A stretch of DNA of 64,000 nt from Octopus vulgaris (GCA_951406725.2 OX597815.1:12834001-12898000), one strand, 5' to 3'. Shown: positions 13,200-26,930, counted from the first letter of the stretch. Notes: generated by a model not told the origin, from the sequence alone. Translations and numbers: made by a program.

Positions 13200-16100
13200 C
13201 TTCTCTATCTCTGCCTAGATTTAGAGTATCCTGCTTGTCTCTGACAACAGGCTCTTAGATTATACTTGATATATCACAGAGAACGGCTGTCAGTCAGTGT
13301 ATGATTCATTTTTAGGTTAAACATTATATGATCCATTCTATGTTGGTATTTCACAAGACTGAATTAATTCCGCATCATATAAACCCTCAACACTATAATG
13401 CATGTACATTTTTTTTTAATGGAGACAATTTGAATAATTTTTATTCTCACCACCAATATATTCTCCTGTTATTTATTGTATTCGGTTTCACTATATATAT
13501 TGTTTACCCTTGTTGAGAAAGTTTTTTTAATCCTCTGTCATACACAAGTGACTTTGAATGTCAACTCTACGACCTGATCTCAGAGACGTGCGATCATATC
13601 CTTTCTTTTTTTTTTTGTCGTTCCAATATTTTTCTTCTTTTTTCCAGTATTTGCAATTATAGCCTTTTCTTACAACCATTTTAGCTTAGTAGATTTATAG
13701 CCAAATTTTCAGTTTAGTACTTTTAGCTTTTATAAGTATTTCTATTGCTGTTTCCCCTTTGCCCTCCAAAGCTGATTCTCACTTTAGATATTATTTTACA
13801 TTTGATTTTTTTTCCCTTAAAGCGGAAAACAGTTTGTCATTTTGTTCATGTCTTGTATCTATAAGAACTTGTTTTCTCTTATTTTTACTACATATATTTG
13901 TAGCTGTGCAAAATGTTTCATAAGAGTTTTCTTGTGACACAAGGCTCTCTGCTCTACTATATTATAAATATAATCTTTTCTATGTCACTTGTTTGGAGAT
14001 GTAATCTAAATAAAGTCATTTCTCTTGGTTTTTTTCTGTTTATTTAGTATGGTGAATTCTTTTAGCATACATATGTGAATATAATAAAAGATACATATAT
14101 ATATATATATATATATAACTGGGATAGCTAGAATATTGATGTATTTCACCTTATTTTGTAAATAGTTTTTGCATTAGTTCACTGCTTAATATTAATCTAA
14201 TGTGTCAATAATACTTTTCACACAACTATATAGACATATTTAGTTTTAAAGCATTCGTAGTTCTAAGTTTCTTGTAATTAATTTATTTCCACATTGTTAT
14301 ACATATATACTTAGTCTTAAAAAAGAATAAATAAATCAGTGTACTGCCTGCACAGAGATTTGTTTGTGTTTAGCGTGCAACCATCTGTAGTCTATATAAA
14401 ATAATAGTTAACTGTCCTCCCATAGCATTAATATAAACTTTAACTCCAGTTATGCAAGGTAGTGGCCTGCAGAGAAGTATGTAGCTGTCCCATGGAAATA
14501 TTCGCCTTCTGCTGCAAGTAAGGTAATATTTCATAACACTTTTATTTTTCACTTCAGACTTGTTTGCTTCATTCTCGTCACATGTTTGTATATATTAGTG
14601 ATACTACTTCATTCTGTACTCAGGACTAATATTTCTGTATCATATGACATGATCATGCAAAACACACACACACACCCATATCGTTCTAACTTCGGAAGAG
14701 GTTTTGGTGCTCAATCATTACCATTTATGACTAGATTACAAGTGTCTATTTGTAAATGCCATCATGTCCAGGAACATCATGACTTAATTTCGATGTATTT
14801 GTACTGTTTGTCTCTACAATTCCACAAACTTCGCCACCTCAAAGCAAAATTTATCTTATATATCCATGCTTACGACTATATACATATTGTACTAGCTTAC
14901 GGCGTACTCTTTCATTATTCAGAGACTTCCTAATTCAATTGTCTTTTCCCGATTTTATCCTTGCGCTGAACCACTGAGTTCTTATTTATTTTCAGCTATC
15001 TGATGATATAATCTGTGGTAGTTTCATCCAATAATTTTTTGACATTATATCTCACTTCACAATTAAGGCTGCATATATATTCAGCTTAAACTCCTTACCA
15101 ATATATATTTTACATTGATTTACTGTTTTAGAAAGTGAATCCAGGTCATTTCCATTTTCGTATATAATTGAAGATTATAGATATGATAGTTTTTTATGTT
15201 CCCCTTGTTCTTAGCAAGCTCGTTAGCAGAACCATTAAGCTTACTCTTGAAAAAATAATGGACAGATCGAGCTACCCTTAAATATAACCCTCCGGATTTT
15301 ATCATTTTCTAATTAGTCACTTTTACACGTTTGTGCTGCTTGCGATATTTTATCATGGACTCCGAGGGCCCTTAGGCACATCAGACTATAGTACTATCAT
15401 ATAAGTTCTTGTAATCCATTTCCTCACCATGTTCTGCTTTCTTATCCACACTTCACTTAATACCAGGTAATATATATACAATAAGCGAGCATTTCCCTTT
15501 GATGTTTATCTGCATACTTTTTGCTCTACTGGTACCAGTTTCGCATTTTCAATAGCGCAATACAATTAAATTGCTTTGCGACAAGCTAGTAAATTCCTGG
15601 ATGAATGGTAAACACACAATAAGCCTATGATTACCGATTTCTTACTTTCTTTTTTTCTGTGGTTACAATGACCTCTCTTTTGTCATTCACATTGGTGTTC
15701 CATTTCTTTACATTCCGTTGGAAAATGCATCGGTATGCTAGAAGGATTCACAGTATTTCAAATATCTGATTCCTGCATTCACGCTAATGCTAAACTAATA
15801 ACTCTGAACACCGTCAAGAGGAAGAGCTTTGCACTATGACATTTCAAAGCACAATTTCCATTTTCGTTCTCATATTCGTTGCATTAGTTTATGTTAATTT
15901 AATTTTTAAGCCACGTTTAAAATCCTGTTGCAAATCTGCTTTGTTATAGCCCTTTTTTAAAAAAGTTATTTTGATATATCGCTTTTCTGGTTTTCATTCT
16001 CAATGTCCAGTTAATGATAAAATGTCCTTCAGTCGTTTCAGAAGAGCTGTCTCTGCTGATGTTGATTCATTAGTCGTCGATTAGTGCCATTTTTAATTGG

Positions 16101-16348
16101 CTTTCATTGAATTTTAACTTTATTCTTTAACATTCTTTAATTTGTTTCAGTCATTTGACAGCAGCCGTGCTGGAGCACCGCCTTTAGTCGAACAATTCGA
16201 CCCAGGACTTATTCTTTGTAAACCTAGTACTTGTTCTATCGTTCTCTTTTGCCAAACCGCTATTTTACAGGGACGTAAACACTCCAACATCCGCTGTCCA
16301 GTGATGTTGGGGGAACAAACTCAGACACACAAACATATACACATGCAT

Positions 16349-16416
<68 letters not shown>

Positions 16417-17095
16417 ATATATATATGATGGCCTTCTTTCAGTTTCCAACTACTAAATCCACTCAGAAGGCTTTGGTCGGCCCGCGGCTATGGTAGAAGA
16501 CACTTGCCTAACGTGCCACGCAGTAGGACTGAACCCCTGAATCATGTAATTGGTAAGCAAGCTACTTACCACACAATCATGATCCTGCGCCTATTGTTTT
16601 TCGTAATTCATTTTTATATTTTGGCAGATTATAAACTTCCATATCTGAGGTAATAATACCTTCGACGCTCATCATTATGCTTTTCCTCTCCAGTATTACC
16701 TTTTGCTATAATATATATCCCAACACTATAAGTGTTAAGCTGCTCAACCTCATTTTGAAATCTCTTGGATTAAATTTTAATTTCAGAAATTTCTGTAGTA
16801 AATGAGGTTTAGCAGTTTATGATGTCATTTCCATCTCTTAATTCTTCAAAACGTTGATCTTCACTAATAGTTTATCGAATCACTTGAGTGACTTTCATAG
16901 CTTATTTTTACATTGAAATGCTCTCAGATCTGTTAATTCCATTACTTGTTCATTTAGATATTAAAGTAAGCTCATATCCGCATTTTTTAAAGATTATCTC
17001 TTGGCGAAATAATGTTTATTTTCACTATCACAACGGATTTTCTTCTGACGATTCTTTAATCTTTCTGTTATTTGCTGCATAATTTCCTCTCTTAT
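13200..17095 (-). mobile_element. decayed R4/Dong-type non-LTR retrotransposon (RT and downstream region), interrupted
   Basis: Minus-strand motifs in the expected order: DGVQSY*F (~15800; cf. DGIQNYWW), NHRLIVCLP (~15620; cf. NYRPITCLP), PVEQKVCR (~15520), DYKN.YDS (~15400; cf. DYKKAYDS), IRRVIFKGSSICPLFF (~15270; cf. IKRGIFQGDSLSPLLF), KYY*HIRLILSSEL (~14200), LHLQTSDIE (~14000). Boundaries approximate. Confidence 0.75.
16122..16591 (-). mobile_element. SINE group A copy inserted in the R4/Dong relic
   Basis: Colinear reverse complement of group A, more diverged than the other copies. Confidence 0.9.
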
Positions 17096-17193
17096 GCACA
17101 CATACTTATAATTGTCCATTGTTCACCACTTTTGTTATTCTGAAAACAAAAAGGTTGCTTTATTCCAGTCGTCTGCCCTCTCACTGTAATATC

Positions 17194-17427
17194 TATTTCT
17201 TTACTACCCACAAGGAGCTAAAACACAGAGAGGACAAACAAGGACATACAAGCTGATTATGTCGATTACATCGACCCCAGGGCGTAACAGGTACTTAATT
17301 TATCGACCCCGAAAGGATGAAAGGCAGAGTCGACCTCTGCGGAATTTGAACTCAGAACGTAACGGCAGACGAAATACCGATAAGCATTTCTTCTGGTGCG
17401 CTAACGATTCTACCAGCTCGCCGCCTT
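17194..17427 (-). mobile_element. SINE group N (Nin/Deu-like GCCTTTCATCCTTTCGGGGTCGATAAA domain)
   Basis: Full copy; GTAATAT direct repeat at 17186-17192 and 17429-17435 (TSD). Confidence 0.92.
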
Positions 17428-17571
17428 CGTAATATTATCGAGAGGAGTGTTAATAGTCTGTAGTGTTGTGGTTTTGTAGGCCCCTTTAAATTTTGGCATT
17501 AAGACGGTTTAGCTCCCGTAAGCAATTCATGCGTTATCTCTGTATCTATCACCATCTCATTGATTATGCCA

Positions 17572-17620
17572 GCACCACATGTGCACTACATGTGGACCAC
17601 ATGTGCACCACATGTGCACC
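17572..17620. repeat. 11-bp tandem repeat GCACCACATGT x4.5
   Basis: gcaccacatgt gcactacatgt ggaccacatgt gcaccacatgt gcacc. Confidence 0.9.
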
Positions 17621-20329
17621 TGTTAGGAATTTTACCCGACAGTTAAGGATCTTGTGTTCTGATGCCTTTCAGTTGTTTGTTTTTTGTAGTATTTGCGTTA
17701 CTTCTGTTATGGATACACATTGTGGCTCAGGTGCCGTGACTGTCGCTGATTTTTGCAATAGTTTCCCGTGTGATTCATTCACATGCCATAATCCTCCCCA
17801 TGATGTTATACTTCTGGGTAGATTCTGTGTATGTTGGACTCAAATATTCTGCTCTATTCAAAGGATCGTTTGGCGTTTTTCATACCTGTTGGTTCTTTGT
17901 AATTTAGAAAAGATCCCGTATCTTATTTTGAGGAACATCTAGTTTGGTATTTCATATTTCTATTGTATTTGTCTCTGTTTACCGTTGCTTAGTGATGTTG
18001 TTCCTTACTGATTTGACTAAGGATTGACAAATCCTCTTTCTTATTTCCTATTTTTTCTGAATATGTGTTTTCCATGATTTTCCCTAAAAATTTGATACTC
18101 TTTTTTGAATGAATCTGAAGTAGTTTCCGTTGTGACTACAGAGGCTGCGGTATATATTATATAATTTATCCGTATTATGTTGATGTATAATTGCATGCTT
18201 GGCTCTTCGTGAATTCCCCTCCTCGTGTTTTATATACGTATCAGATCATGATTAATAGCTGGGTTAGGGAGAAATGCTAAGGGACACCTCATTTCAATTG
18301 AAATATCCGAGGAGTGAGAGCAGCGGCTGTGTAAGCGAATTACTTCAGCGCAATTGTGTTGACACCGCGGAGCAAAATGTGCTAGACAACATCTTAGATG
18401 AGACGATGGCAGGAGCAAAAATATATATGGACACATGCAGATGACTGTTGGACAAGAAGCCGGTTGGTCAGCTTCACCCAACAACGGAAAGAGAGGAAGT
18501 TAACCATGATTTGTCGAGCCATGATAGCTTAGATCACTAGCAAAATTATCTCAAGTCTTGCCGTCGTGCATTCCCTCACTACACATCTAATCAGATTAGA
18601 GCTGGTGTCCTTCAGTTTCTCGTGCAATGGGTGCATTCCTCTGGTCAGACATTCCATTTCTGAATGGCTGCTTGTGTATGTCGAAGCTGCTAATGATCAC
18701 ACTCGTTGTATCTGCATTACTTGCGGCATTTCCTGGGCACTTAGCGACCTGGGAAATCTTCGTAATACAAGCTTTATCATAGCTCGTCTCATCTCCGAAA
18801 TTGAAGTTCTGAGTTAGAAAATTAAAGAAAGAGATGTGTGCAACTTTAAAGTGCAATACATTGATTACCATCCTGTTCTATATTTTAGAATATGCCGCTA
18901 AGACGTCCACCTTCTCACACATAGTGCTTAGAGTCGATTCTCGTTTTGTAGATTTATGGCCTGTACTTCGATGAACGAAGTTCGGAGCAATAACCAAATG
19001 AATTTTTATTCATATAATCAACTTAATATATTTTCACTATGGAGATATATTATGGATATATATTTCAGATTTCTTCACATAGTTATAACACAAGTAGTAC
19101 AGAGGTATCATTTTAAATTATTTTCTAAACATCTGTATAGATGCAGTTTTTAATATTTTATAATATCTATGTATACACCAGTTTCTATAATTTAATTCTA
19201 CTCTGTTTCTTAGCAGTGCCTCTTATAAGAGATCATGATTTTTGTGAAGCTTGATATTTGATCTCATTGCGATTCTTTATAATATGTTGATATACCGCGG
19301 CTTTTAGCTCCCGCAGAAATGCGATTGTTTTTTTAGAGAATTAGGATAAAATGTAATTGGTTCAAATGTCCTTCTTGGGGTTGCCAAATCTTAACTCTTG
19401 ACATTTTATAAATACCTACATTCTTTTCAGACAAATATCATTCATTACGTCATATCATTCATACTCCTTGAACACGTCGTAGAATTAAACTGCTAGGTAC
19501 TCACTCTTTGCTAGATTACTACTTGGGTCATATTAGCTCAGGCGAAAATTTGTCGATAGTCTTCGGAAAACCAAGAAAGACGCTATCAATGCTAATGCAG
19601 ATATATCACGTTATAATGATGCCATTTTCTCATATTTACGTACATAAAATAAATAAATGAAAAAATGAATAAAAAGTAAAGAAATAAACCAAACATAAAA
19701 TCTTAGTAATATTTTACTACCAGGATATTTCAGAAAGCCATCCAATTTATAGCCATTAGGGTTTTCCATAGCTACTCAGTAATAATAGATGTTAATTTCC
19801 ATATCTCACTTAAGAGACGATAAGAGTATGTTGAATCTCAATTTTCAACAACATTTATATTTGGTAATGGTAATAATAGCTCTTTCTCTTCAAAAAAGAT
19901 CTGTTTTAGATAAAGATGAGAGAATAACAGAAGATCGTTTAACACAGTCTCGACTGTATCCAGTGGAATGTAATTGCTATTAGAAATTATATGAGGTGTA
20001 TTGTAAAGTTTTGTTCCAACGTATAGTTTTGCGTTATATGCCTAATTTTCTCTCTTATTCTTAACACCCTCCTTATTACCGTTATTATTTTATTCGACTT
20101 TGTTTTTTCGCATGTTATATAGCGTCTTTGAATGATTGTTGATTATATTTAATTCTAAGGTTTGTAAGATGTGTGTCAGTGTGTGTATAATTGCTTTTCA
20201 GTGCTTAGGCATTCGGGTGTGTGTGTGTGTGTGCCTGATTTAAGTCCAATTGCCATAAGAACGTCTATTATATTTATCTATTTATCTTTGTATGTATCTG
20301 TCTGACGATCAATTTACTCATCCACCTGT

Positions 20330-20360
20330 TTATGTGTGTGTGTGTGACTAGGTATATGTG

Positions 20361-20421
<61 letters not shown>

Positions 20422-20721
20422 GAGAGAGAGGGAGAGATAGAGAGGTAGATATATGCATATTTATATATATGCTTGTATATGTTTGTATACATGTATATAT
20501 ATATTCTGTATAGTGAATGAAGGTATACAGACACACACATAGATACACGCACATCATATACATACACACATACACATGTATATATATATATATATTTATA
20601 TAGATAGATAGACAGATACATAGACAGATAGACAGACAGATAGACAGACAGATAGACAGATATATAGATAGATAAATAGACAGACAATCAAGCAGACAGA
20701 CAGACATACAGATAGACAGAC

Positions 20722-20796
<75 letters not shown>

Positions 20797-20866
20797 CAAA
20801 CAGGCAGACAGACAGACAGACAGATAGATATATTGATAGACTGATTGATTGATTGATCGATAGATA

Positions 20867-20903
<37 letters not shown>
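20330..20903. repeat. compound microsatellite (TG/TA/GA/GATA/GACA/GATT)
   Basis: Direct reading of successive simple-repeat tracts. Confidence 0.95.
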
Positions 20904-20904
<1 letters not shown>

Positions 20905-21114
20905 CGCTGTCGCTATATTTCTATATTTAGTACATTCGATATTAATATTTACATAACTGAAACAATTTCGCGACCAAAGTATAAAAAGTTACTAAAGAAA
21001 GTTGAGTATTTTTTCTTTTACAATATGGCTGACAAAACAGCTTTTTAACAAAAACATAATGTGAATTATAACGAAAGATTTCAGAAACTCGGTGAACTGA
21101 ATCCACAGATTGCA

Positions 21115-21161
<47 letters not shown>

Positions 21162-22591
21162 CCTGTGTTCGTATGTGTTTTTGTGTATAAGTGTGCGTGT
21201 ATGTGTGTTGTATGTGTGTGTGTGTTTCCTGTGTTTGGAATGCAGAAAATATTTGTTAATTTTTTTGCGTTGCTCTTTCTCTGATTCTACTAGTGATCTG
21301 ATGGTTTTTACCATATGTTAATTTTGGGTTAATATTTCAGGTTAATTTTAAATGCTCACTTTCCCCAAAGATCTCAATGAGTTTGGGAGTGCGGTGTATG
21401 CTTACAAGTTGAAAGTTTATTATAGGCACATGCGATTTGTGACGTTTTCATCACTGCGTAAAGTGCAGGGAAAATGTAACTAATGAAATATGTGCCCTGA
21501 TTAATCTCGAATAGGATCAGAATAACTCTACATCCCAAGGTTGCACTTTCAAATTCCGGGTATCAATCCATGAGGCAGAGTTCAGCAACTCTATTTCCGC
21601 CACAATGTATACTTTGTTTGACTCGAGGTTATATAGAAAGACACTTATCTAAAATCTTTACCGTAAGATCGCTCTGGACCTTTTACAATTTGTGTATAAC
21701 ACAGAATATCTTGAAGTGTTTTGTGCCAGAATAATTGTTTTGTACTTCTAACAAATATATACGTATCCAAATTATTTTAAACTTCACATTCAAATAGGTT
21801 TCATCATACTTTTGTCCTAAAACATAATAGTATCAGACCGGTTATTCTTCTAGCCATTTTCTGTAGATTCAGTGCTTTTCATAAGAAACCAAAGATCATG
21901 AGACGTGTTCAGTATTATGAAGCTTGTATTTTAATTGTGATGAATTGCTAGTCATCGTTTGATAACGTGGTGGCAGTTGAAATTGCATTCATCTTTGCAT
22001 GTTGTCATTGATATAGTTGTTGTTACATGGCGAGTTAGCTCTGAGTGAGTAGATACAATATCAAAGGCATTTCATCCAGAACAACCTCATTACAATTTCA
22101 GACATTCCATTTACAACCGCGTCACCCTGTGTGTTCTACATGTTAAAGATGATAGGTCAAGCCATGATTTCTTGGATATTTATTTAGCCGACATTTGTAG
22201 ATGCAGTAAACCACGTAGATGATCAATCTTTCGCAAGTGCAAGAGATTAGTGTTGATAATTCTACCGAAGTTCCTGAATCAGCTGACGAATGGAGAACAA
22301 GCAAGTCAAACAATAAACACTAATTCATCTTTCATTGAAACAGTCACATTCAGAACAATAGCTAATCATACTATAAAAGCTAATCCTACCTCATAGAGAG
22401 AAGAGACACTGGCGCTCAACGAATTACCTTTAAGCAAACTTAGCTCACTACAAACTATTTATATTATAGATGCCTATTTAAAACTTGCCGTTTTGTTTAC
22501 ATTGTATAAAGCAACTCGTACTCAGGTTGTTTTTTTCTTTATTTGAAGTCGGAGCCAATAAGGAAATGAATAAGTAAATAAATAAATAGAT

Positions 22592-22732
22592 GTAAGTAGC
22601 TTGTTTACTGACCACATGGTTCCGGGTTCAGTCCCACTGCGTGGCACCTTGGGCAAGTGTCCTTTACTATAGCCTCGAGCCGACCAAAGCCTTGTGAGTG
22701 GATTTGGTAGACGGAAACTGATAGAAGCCTGT

Positions 22733-22787
<55 letters not shown>

Positions 22788-23001
22788 GTGTGTGTGTGTT
22801 TGTGTGTCTGTGTTTGTCCCCCTAGCATTGCTTGACAACCGATGCTGGTGTGTTTATGTTCCCGTTACTTAGCGGTTCGGCAAAAGAGACCGATAGAATA
22901 AGTACTGGGCTTACAAAAGAATAAGTCGAGTTGCTCGACTAAAAACGGTGCTCCAGCATGGCCGCAGTCAAATGGCTGAAACAAGTAAAAGAGTAAAGAG
23001 T
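22592..23001 (+). mobile_element. SINE group A copy, 5'-truncated
   Basis: Starts at GTAAGTAGCTTG; otherwise colinear with group A. Confidence 0.9.
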
Positions 23002-23224
23002 AATAGCAAATAGAGTATGTTGAAACTGGAGAGAAGAGATCGGGAAAAACCTACACATTTGTTACAAATATTGACTCGAATTAATTTCAGTTTTAATTTA
23101 ATCCGTACAGTTTTCTGGAATTTCTTTCAAATTGAGAGAGAGAAATGTGGACGCTACATTGGTAACACATGCGGTACCGTTTGATGGAGCACTGCAGCAT
23201 GAGAGCTGAATATGGTAGCAGATA

Positions 23225-23617
23225 GTGGAGGCGCAATGGTCCAGTGGTTAGGGCAGCGGACTCGCGGTCATAGGATCGTGGTTTCGATTCCCAGACCGGG
23301 CGTTGTGAGTGTTTATTGAGCGAATACACCTAAAAGCTCAAACGAGGCTCCGGCAGGGGATGGTGGTGATCCCTGCTGTACTCTTTCACCACAACTTTCT
23401 CTCACTCTTACTTCCTGTTTCTGTTGTACCTGTATTTCAAAGGGCCGGCCTTGTCACTTTCTGTGTCACGCTGAATATCCTCGAGAACTACGTTAAGGGT
23501 GCACGTGTCTGTGGAGTGCATGTCACTTACACGTTAATTTCACGAGCAGGCTGTTCCGTTGATTCGGATCAACCGGAACCCTCATCGTCGTAACCGACGG
23601 AGTGCTTTCTAAAAAGA
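23225..23617 (+). mobile_element. tRNA-derived SINE group B (A box TGGTCCAGTGG, B-box-like GTTTCGATTCC)
   Basis: 11-bp TSD GGTAGCAGATA at 23214-23224 and 23618-23628; near-identical copy at 62174. Confidence 0.93.
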
Positions 23618-24526
23618 GGTAGCAGATACCGATTCAAACACTACGAACTTACGCGTGCATGGGAAAGCCACCCATAATACTGAAAGAATTATTGCCACCA
23701 TAAAGGAATTCGAAACTGAGCAGTTAAATACTAACATCATAAATGAAATATATACAGATATAGTAGGGAAACGTTTGCATATAATTTGACACCATGACAA
23801 AGAGAAAATGTTATCTGTAATATGAATTTATAACACATTCTACTATAGAGGGCAAATGTTAATGGGGTAACAACCCTGAGGTGACAGACAGTTATTGTCG
23901 ATATATACATGATCACACTGAAAACACATACGGTGATTATACTAAGATTGAGAAATATGCAAAAATGACAAAATCAAAAGCAAATATGTGACGAATGATT
24001 CATTCGATGTTCATTCCTGAACATTACAAGTAAATATCAGTAAAACCGAGAACCTGTATTTATATGACATAGAGCGTATCGCGTGGCAAAGTGCATATCT
24101 TAAGGATATTACATTGTGATGAAATGAGATTTCGCTTCCCATTTTAGCCAACCAGTCACGATTTATTGCCGGGCAAAATGTTAATAACTGAATAAAGTAA
24201 CTCTCACAATATTAGCAACAACAGCCATTATCAATATCAATCATAGGCACATGGACAACAAGAGCAACGTCAATAATCATGACGATTTCTTTTATTGCCT
24301 GGAGGTTACATTCAGACCTGCTGGAAACGCTGCTTTATGACTGAGTTAACTTAGTGGTATACAGACAAATATATAAGAAAGTTATATATGGGAGAAATAT
24401 AATGAGAAATGTAGTTTTTAATTATACACGTTAAATAAACAAATATAAATCATATACATACTTGCATATATACATCCCCACATATTCCAACATATATCTA
24501 TACATACCTGCATACACACAAACATA

Positions 24527-24568
<42 letters not shown>

Positions 24569-24570
<2 letters not shown>

Positions 24571-24821
24571 CGTAGGAATGGCTGTGAGGTAAGTAGCTTG
24601 CTTACCAACCACATGGTTCCGAGTTCAGTCCCACTGTGTGGCACCTTGTGCAAGTGTCTTCTACTATAGAGCCTCGAGCCGAGTTGTTACTCAAGTGTCT
24701 TCTACTATAGAGTAACAGATTTTGTGGAATTTTCTGCTGCTTAAAATAAAGCACATTACTCTACCACTGGTATTTGAGTACTCTTTTTTCCACCTTGTTT
24801 CACATTTATGTGTTTACTCCG

Positions 24822-24852
<31 letters not shown>

Positions 24853-25078
24853 TGTAATTGTTTGTGTGTTGGCGTTTGTCGACCCAACATCGCTTGACAA
24901 CCGATGCTGGTGTGTTTAGGTCCCCATAACTTAGCTGTTCGGAAAAAGAACCAATAGAATAAGTACTAGGCTTACAAAGATTACGTACTGGGTATCGATT
25001 TGCTCGACTTGAGGCGGTGCTCCAGCATGGCCACAGTCAAATGACTGAAGCAAGTAAAAGATTAAAAGAGTAAAAGAT
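24569..25078 (+). mobile_element. SINE group A copy interrupted by a fragment of a hammerhead-family short element (~24684-24822)
   Basis: SINE head 24569-24682 and tail 24860-25078; the intervening GAGTAACAG...TTCTGCTGCTT(T)AAATAAAG matches the element at 37008-37050. Confidence 0.85.
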
Positions 25079-25123
25079 ATATATATATGTGTATGTATGT
25101 ATGTATGTATATGCATATATATA

Positions 25124-25277
25124 GCGGAGTAAGCGCATAAATGTGAAACAAGATGGAAAAAAGATTATCAAATACCAGAGGTAGTTTAATATACTTTATT
25201 TAAAAGCAACAGAAATATAACGAAAGCTGTTAATCAGTTTCACGAGAAACTCTGAGTAACGGCGTTTGTTATATTTA
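25124..25277. mobile_element. short Penelope-type terminal-repeat fragment with internal fold-back, hammerhead core deleted
   Basis: Reverse complement of 24710-24822; ends in a hairpin AAATATAACGAAAGCTGTTAATCAGTTTC acga GAAACTCTGAGTAACGGCGTTTGTTATATTT. Confidence 0.65.
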
Positions 25278-25299
25278 TGCATATATATGCATATTTATT

Positions 25300-25686
25300 T
25301 TCTTTTATTTTTTGTATCACTCATTTGAGTGCGACCATACTGGAGCACCACATTTAGTTGGGCAAATCGTTCTTTGTAAGCCTGGTACTTTTTTATGTCT
25401 CTTTTGCCGAACCACTATGTTACGGGGACTTGAACACTCCAGCATCGGTTGTCAAGTAATGTTGTTATTTTGTGAGGTGGCCAAACACAGACATACAAAC
25501 GCATACACACACACGTATATATACGACAGGCTACTTTCAGTTTCTTCCTACCAAATCCACTCACAAGGCCTTGGTTGTCCCGCGGCTAGAGTAGAAGACA
25601 CTAGCCCAAGATGCCACGCAGTCGAACTGAACCCAGAACCTTGTGGTTGGCAAGCAAGCTAATTACCTCACAGCCACTCCTGCGCC
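25300..25686 (-). mobile_element. SINE group A copy (inverted relative to 24569-25078)
   Basis: Colinear reverse complement of group A. Confidence 0.88.
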
Positions 25687-25763
25687 TACAAATACATAAA
25701 TACATACATATATGTATATATATAATATGTACGTATGTATGTACATATGTATGTATGTATATA

Positions 25764-25826
<63 letters not shown>

Positions 25827-25899
25827 GCAAGTATGCATGTATTTATATATCAACATCTGAAATTCCTTTTACAACATTATCACACAAGTAGTTATACAC

Positions 25900-26930
25900 T
25901 ATCGCTCTCAACATTTTTCTTTCTTCTTCCCCGTTGTCGTGATCAAGGACATCTGTATTTTGCAGTGGGTATTTACACTATGCGTGTTCATGGAGACCCT
26001 ACGTTTACCTTACGCCGCCCAACACATGTCTGTTCTATCACACAAATGGTAATAGAAATCTTCGCGGTGAAGCTTTTTGTTAGTCCTCTTGCAAACCGTG
26101 TCACTTGAATATGGGCGGGTTATACAACGCTTTTGAGGTCAACTTTTGAAGAAACACCAGCAGGATCATCAATTATCATTTAGATTATATTGGTTTTTAT
26201 TATATTAATTTTGAATATTTTTCTGCATTGATGGTCCGGCTTCCAAAGGAGCAGACAACAATGTGAGAGGTTTAAATGGACTTTTGTGCACCACTATGAT
26301 GTGGATTACAAAACATTCGTTGGGGGGAACACACTCTTTCTTGTCATTGTCCTTCACGCCGAATCCTCCGGACCTCCATCCATAATACGTACCTTTTTAC
26401 ATCTCTGTATCTCCTGTATAATAGTTATTACTACGTGTGCAACTGATAACTTTTAAAATACTAAGGATACTGTTTCTTCTGAAATGATGAAGCGCTTTTG
26501 TAAGGTCAATGAAGACCGTGTACAGACAATTTATCGACAGCCAATTCGCACACAGACAATTCCCACAAAGCCTCGGACTCCACACGGGGGCCTTCATCAA
26601 GCGCCTGGAGGAGGTTGTGCTGTCCTGGTTCAAGAGAGTGTCTGCTTGAGTAACCTATGTCTGGTAACAGGACTCTGCACCCATTACCACACAATTTTCC
26701 TGTCTGTAAGTTGTCTGTCGGCCAACTGTCTGTCGACGAAGTGCCCGTCTACCAATGAAATCCATTCGCAGCTGGTATAATGTACTTCTTTGGGGGCTTC
26801 TACATTCGTTGTAAGCACGCCATTTATTTGTTAAGGTGGCGTATGATATGTATTAGTTTAGTCCACATAGCGAAACGAGTTTTATAGCCCGTAGATTATA
26901 CTGGAAGAAAGATTTGTTTCTGATCCAAGT
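25900..26930 (-). mobile_element. decayed RTE-clade LINE RT fragment
   Basis: VFIDLTKALHHFRRNSILSILKVISC (cf. FIDLTKAFDTVNR..LW.IL...GC) and FGVKDNDKKECVPPNECFVI (cf. F.VKNGVKQGCVLAPTLF.I). Confidence 0.65.
26517..26752. mobile_element. MITE with imperfect TIRs built of ~15-bp subrepeats (Mutator-like), nested in the RTE
   Basis: Left end GACAATTTATCGACAGCCAATTCGCACACAGACAATTC versus right end GTTGTCTGTCGGCCAACTGTCTGTCGACGAAGTG; flanked by AATGAAGAC / AATGAAATC (candidate 9-bp TSD). Confidence 0.6.

Larger units (their letters stand above)
17096..18120 (-). mobile_element. second R4/Dong-type RT N-terminal fragment, tandem to the first
   Basis: ITEVTQILQKTNN*KAS (cf. NWKAPG), KPQHYRLLTLL (cf. 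KNYRPITCL), and after the SINE, SE*QKW (cf. PEEQKG). Confidence 0.6.

Noticed and set aside
17040-17185. Apparent splice acceptor (TTTTTGTTTTCAG) plus short ORF on the minus strand, or a Tc1 W..V.FSDE motif
   Set aside because: Better explained as the continuation of the R4/Dong RT (SE*QKW, cf. PEEQKG) across the SINE insertion.
23225-23300. tRNA gene (also 62174, 63490-63565, 42168-42262)
   Set aside because: tRNA-like heads continue into SINE bodies with TSDs, or are truncated; no complete acceptor stem or terminator.
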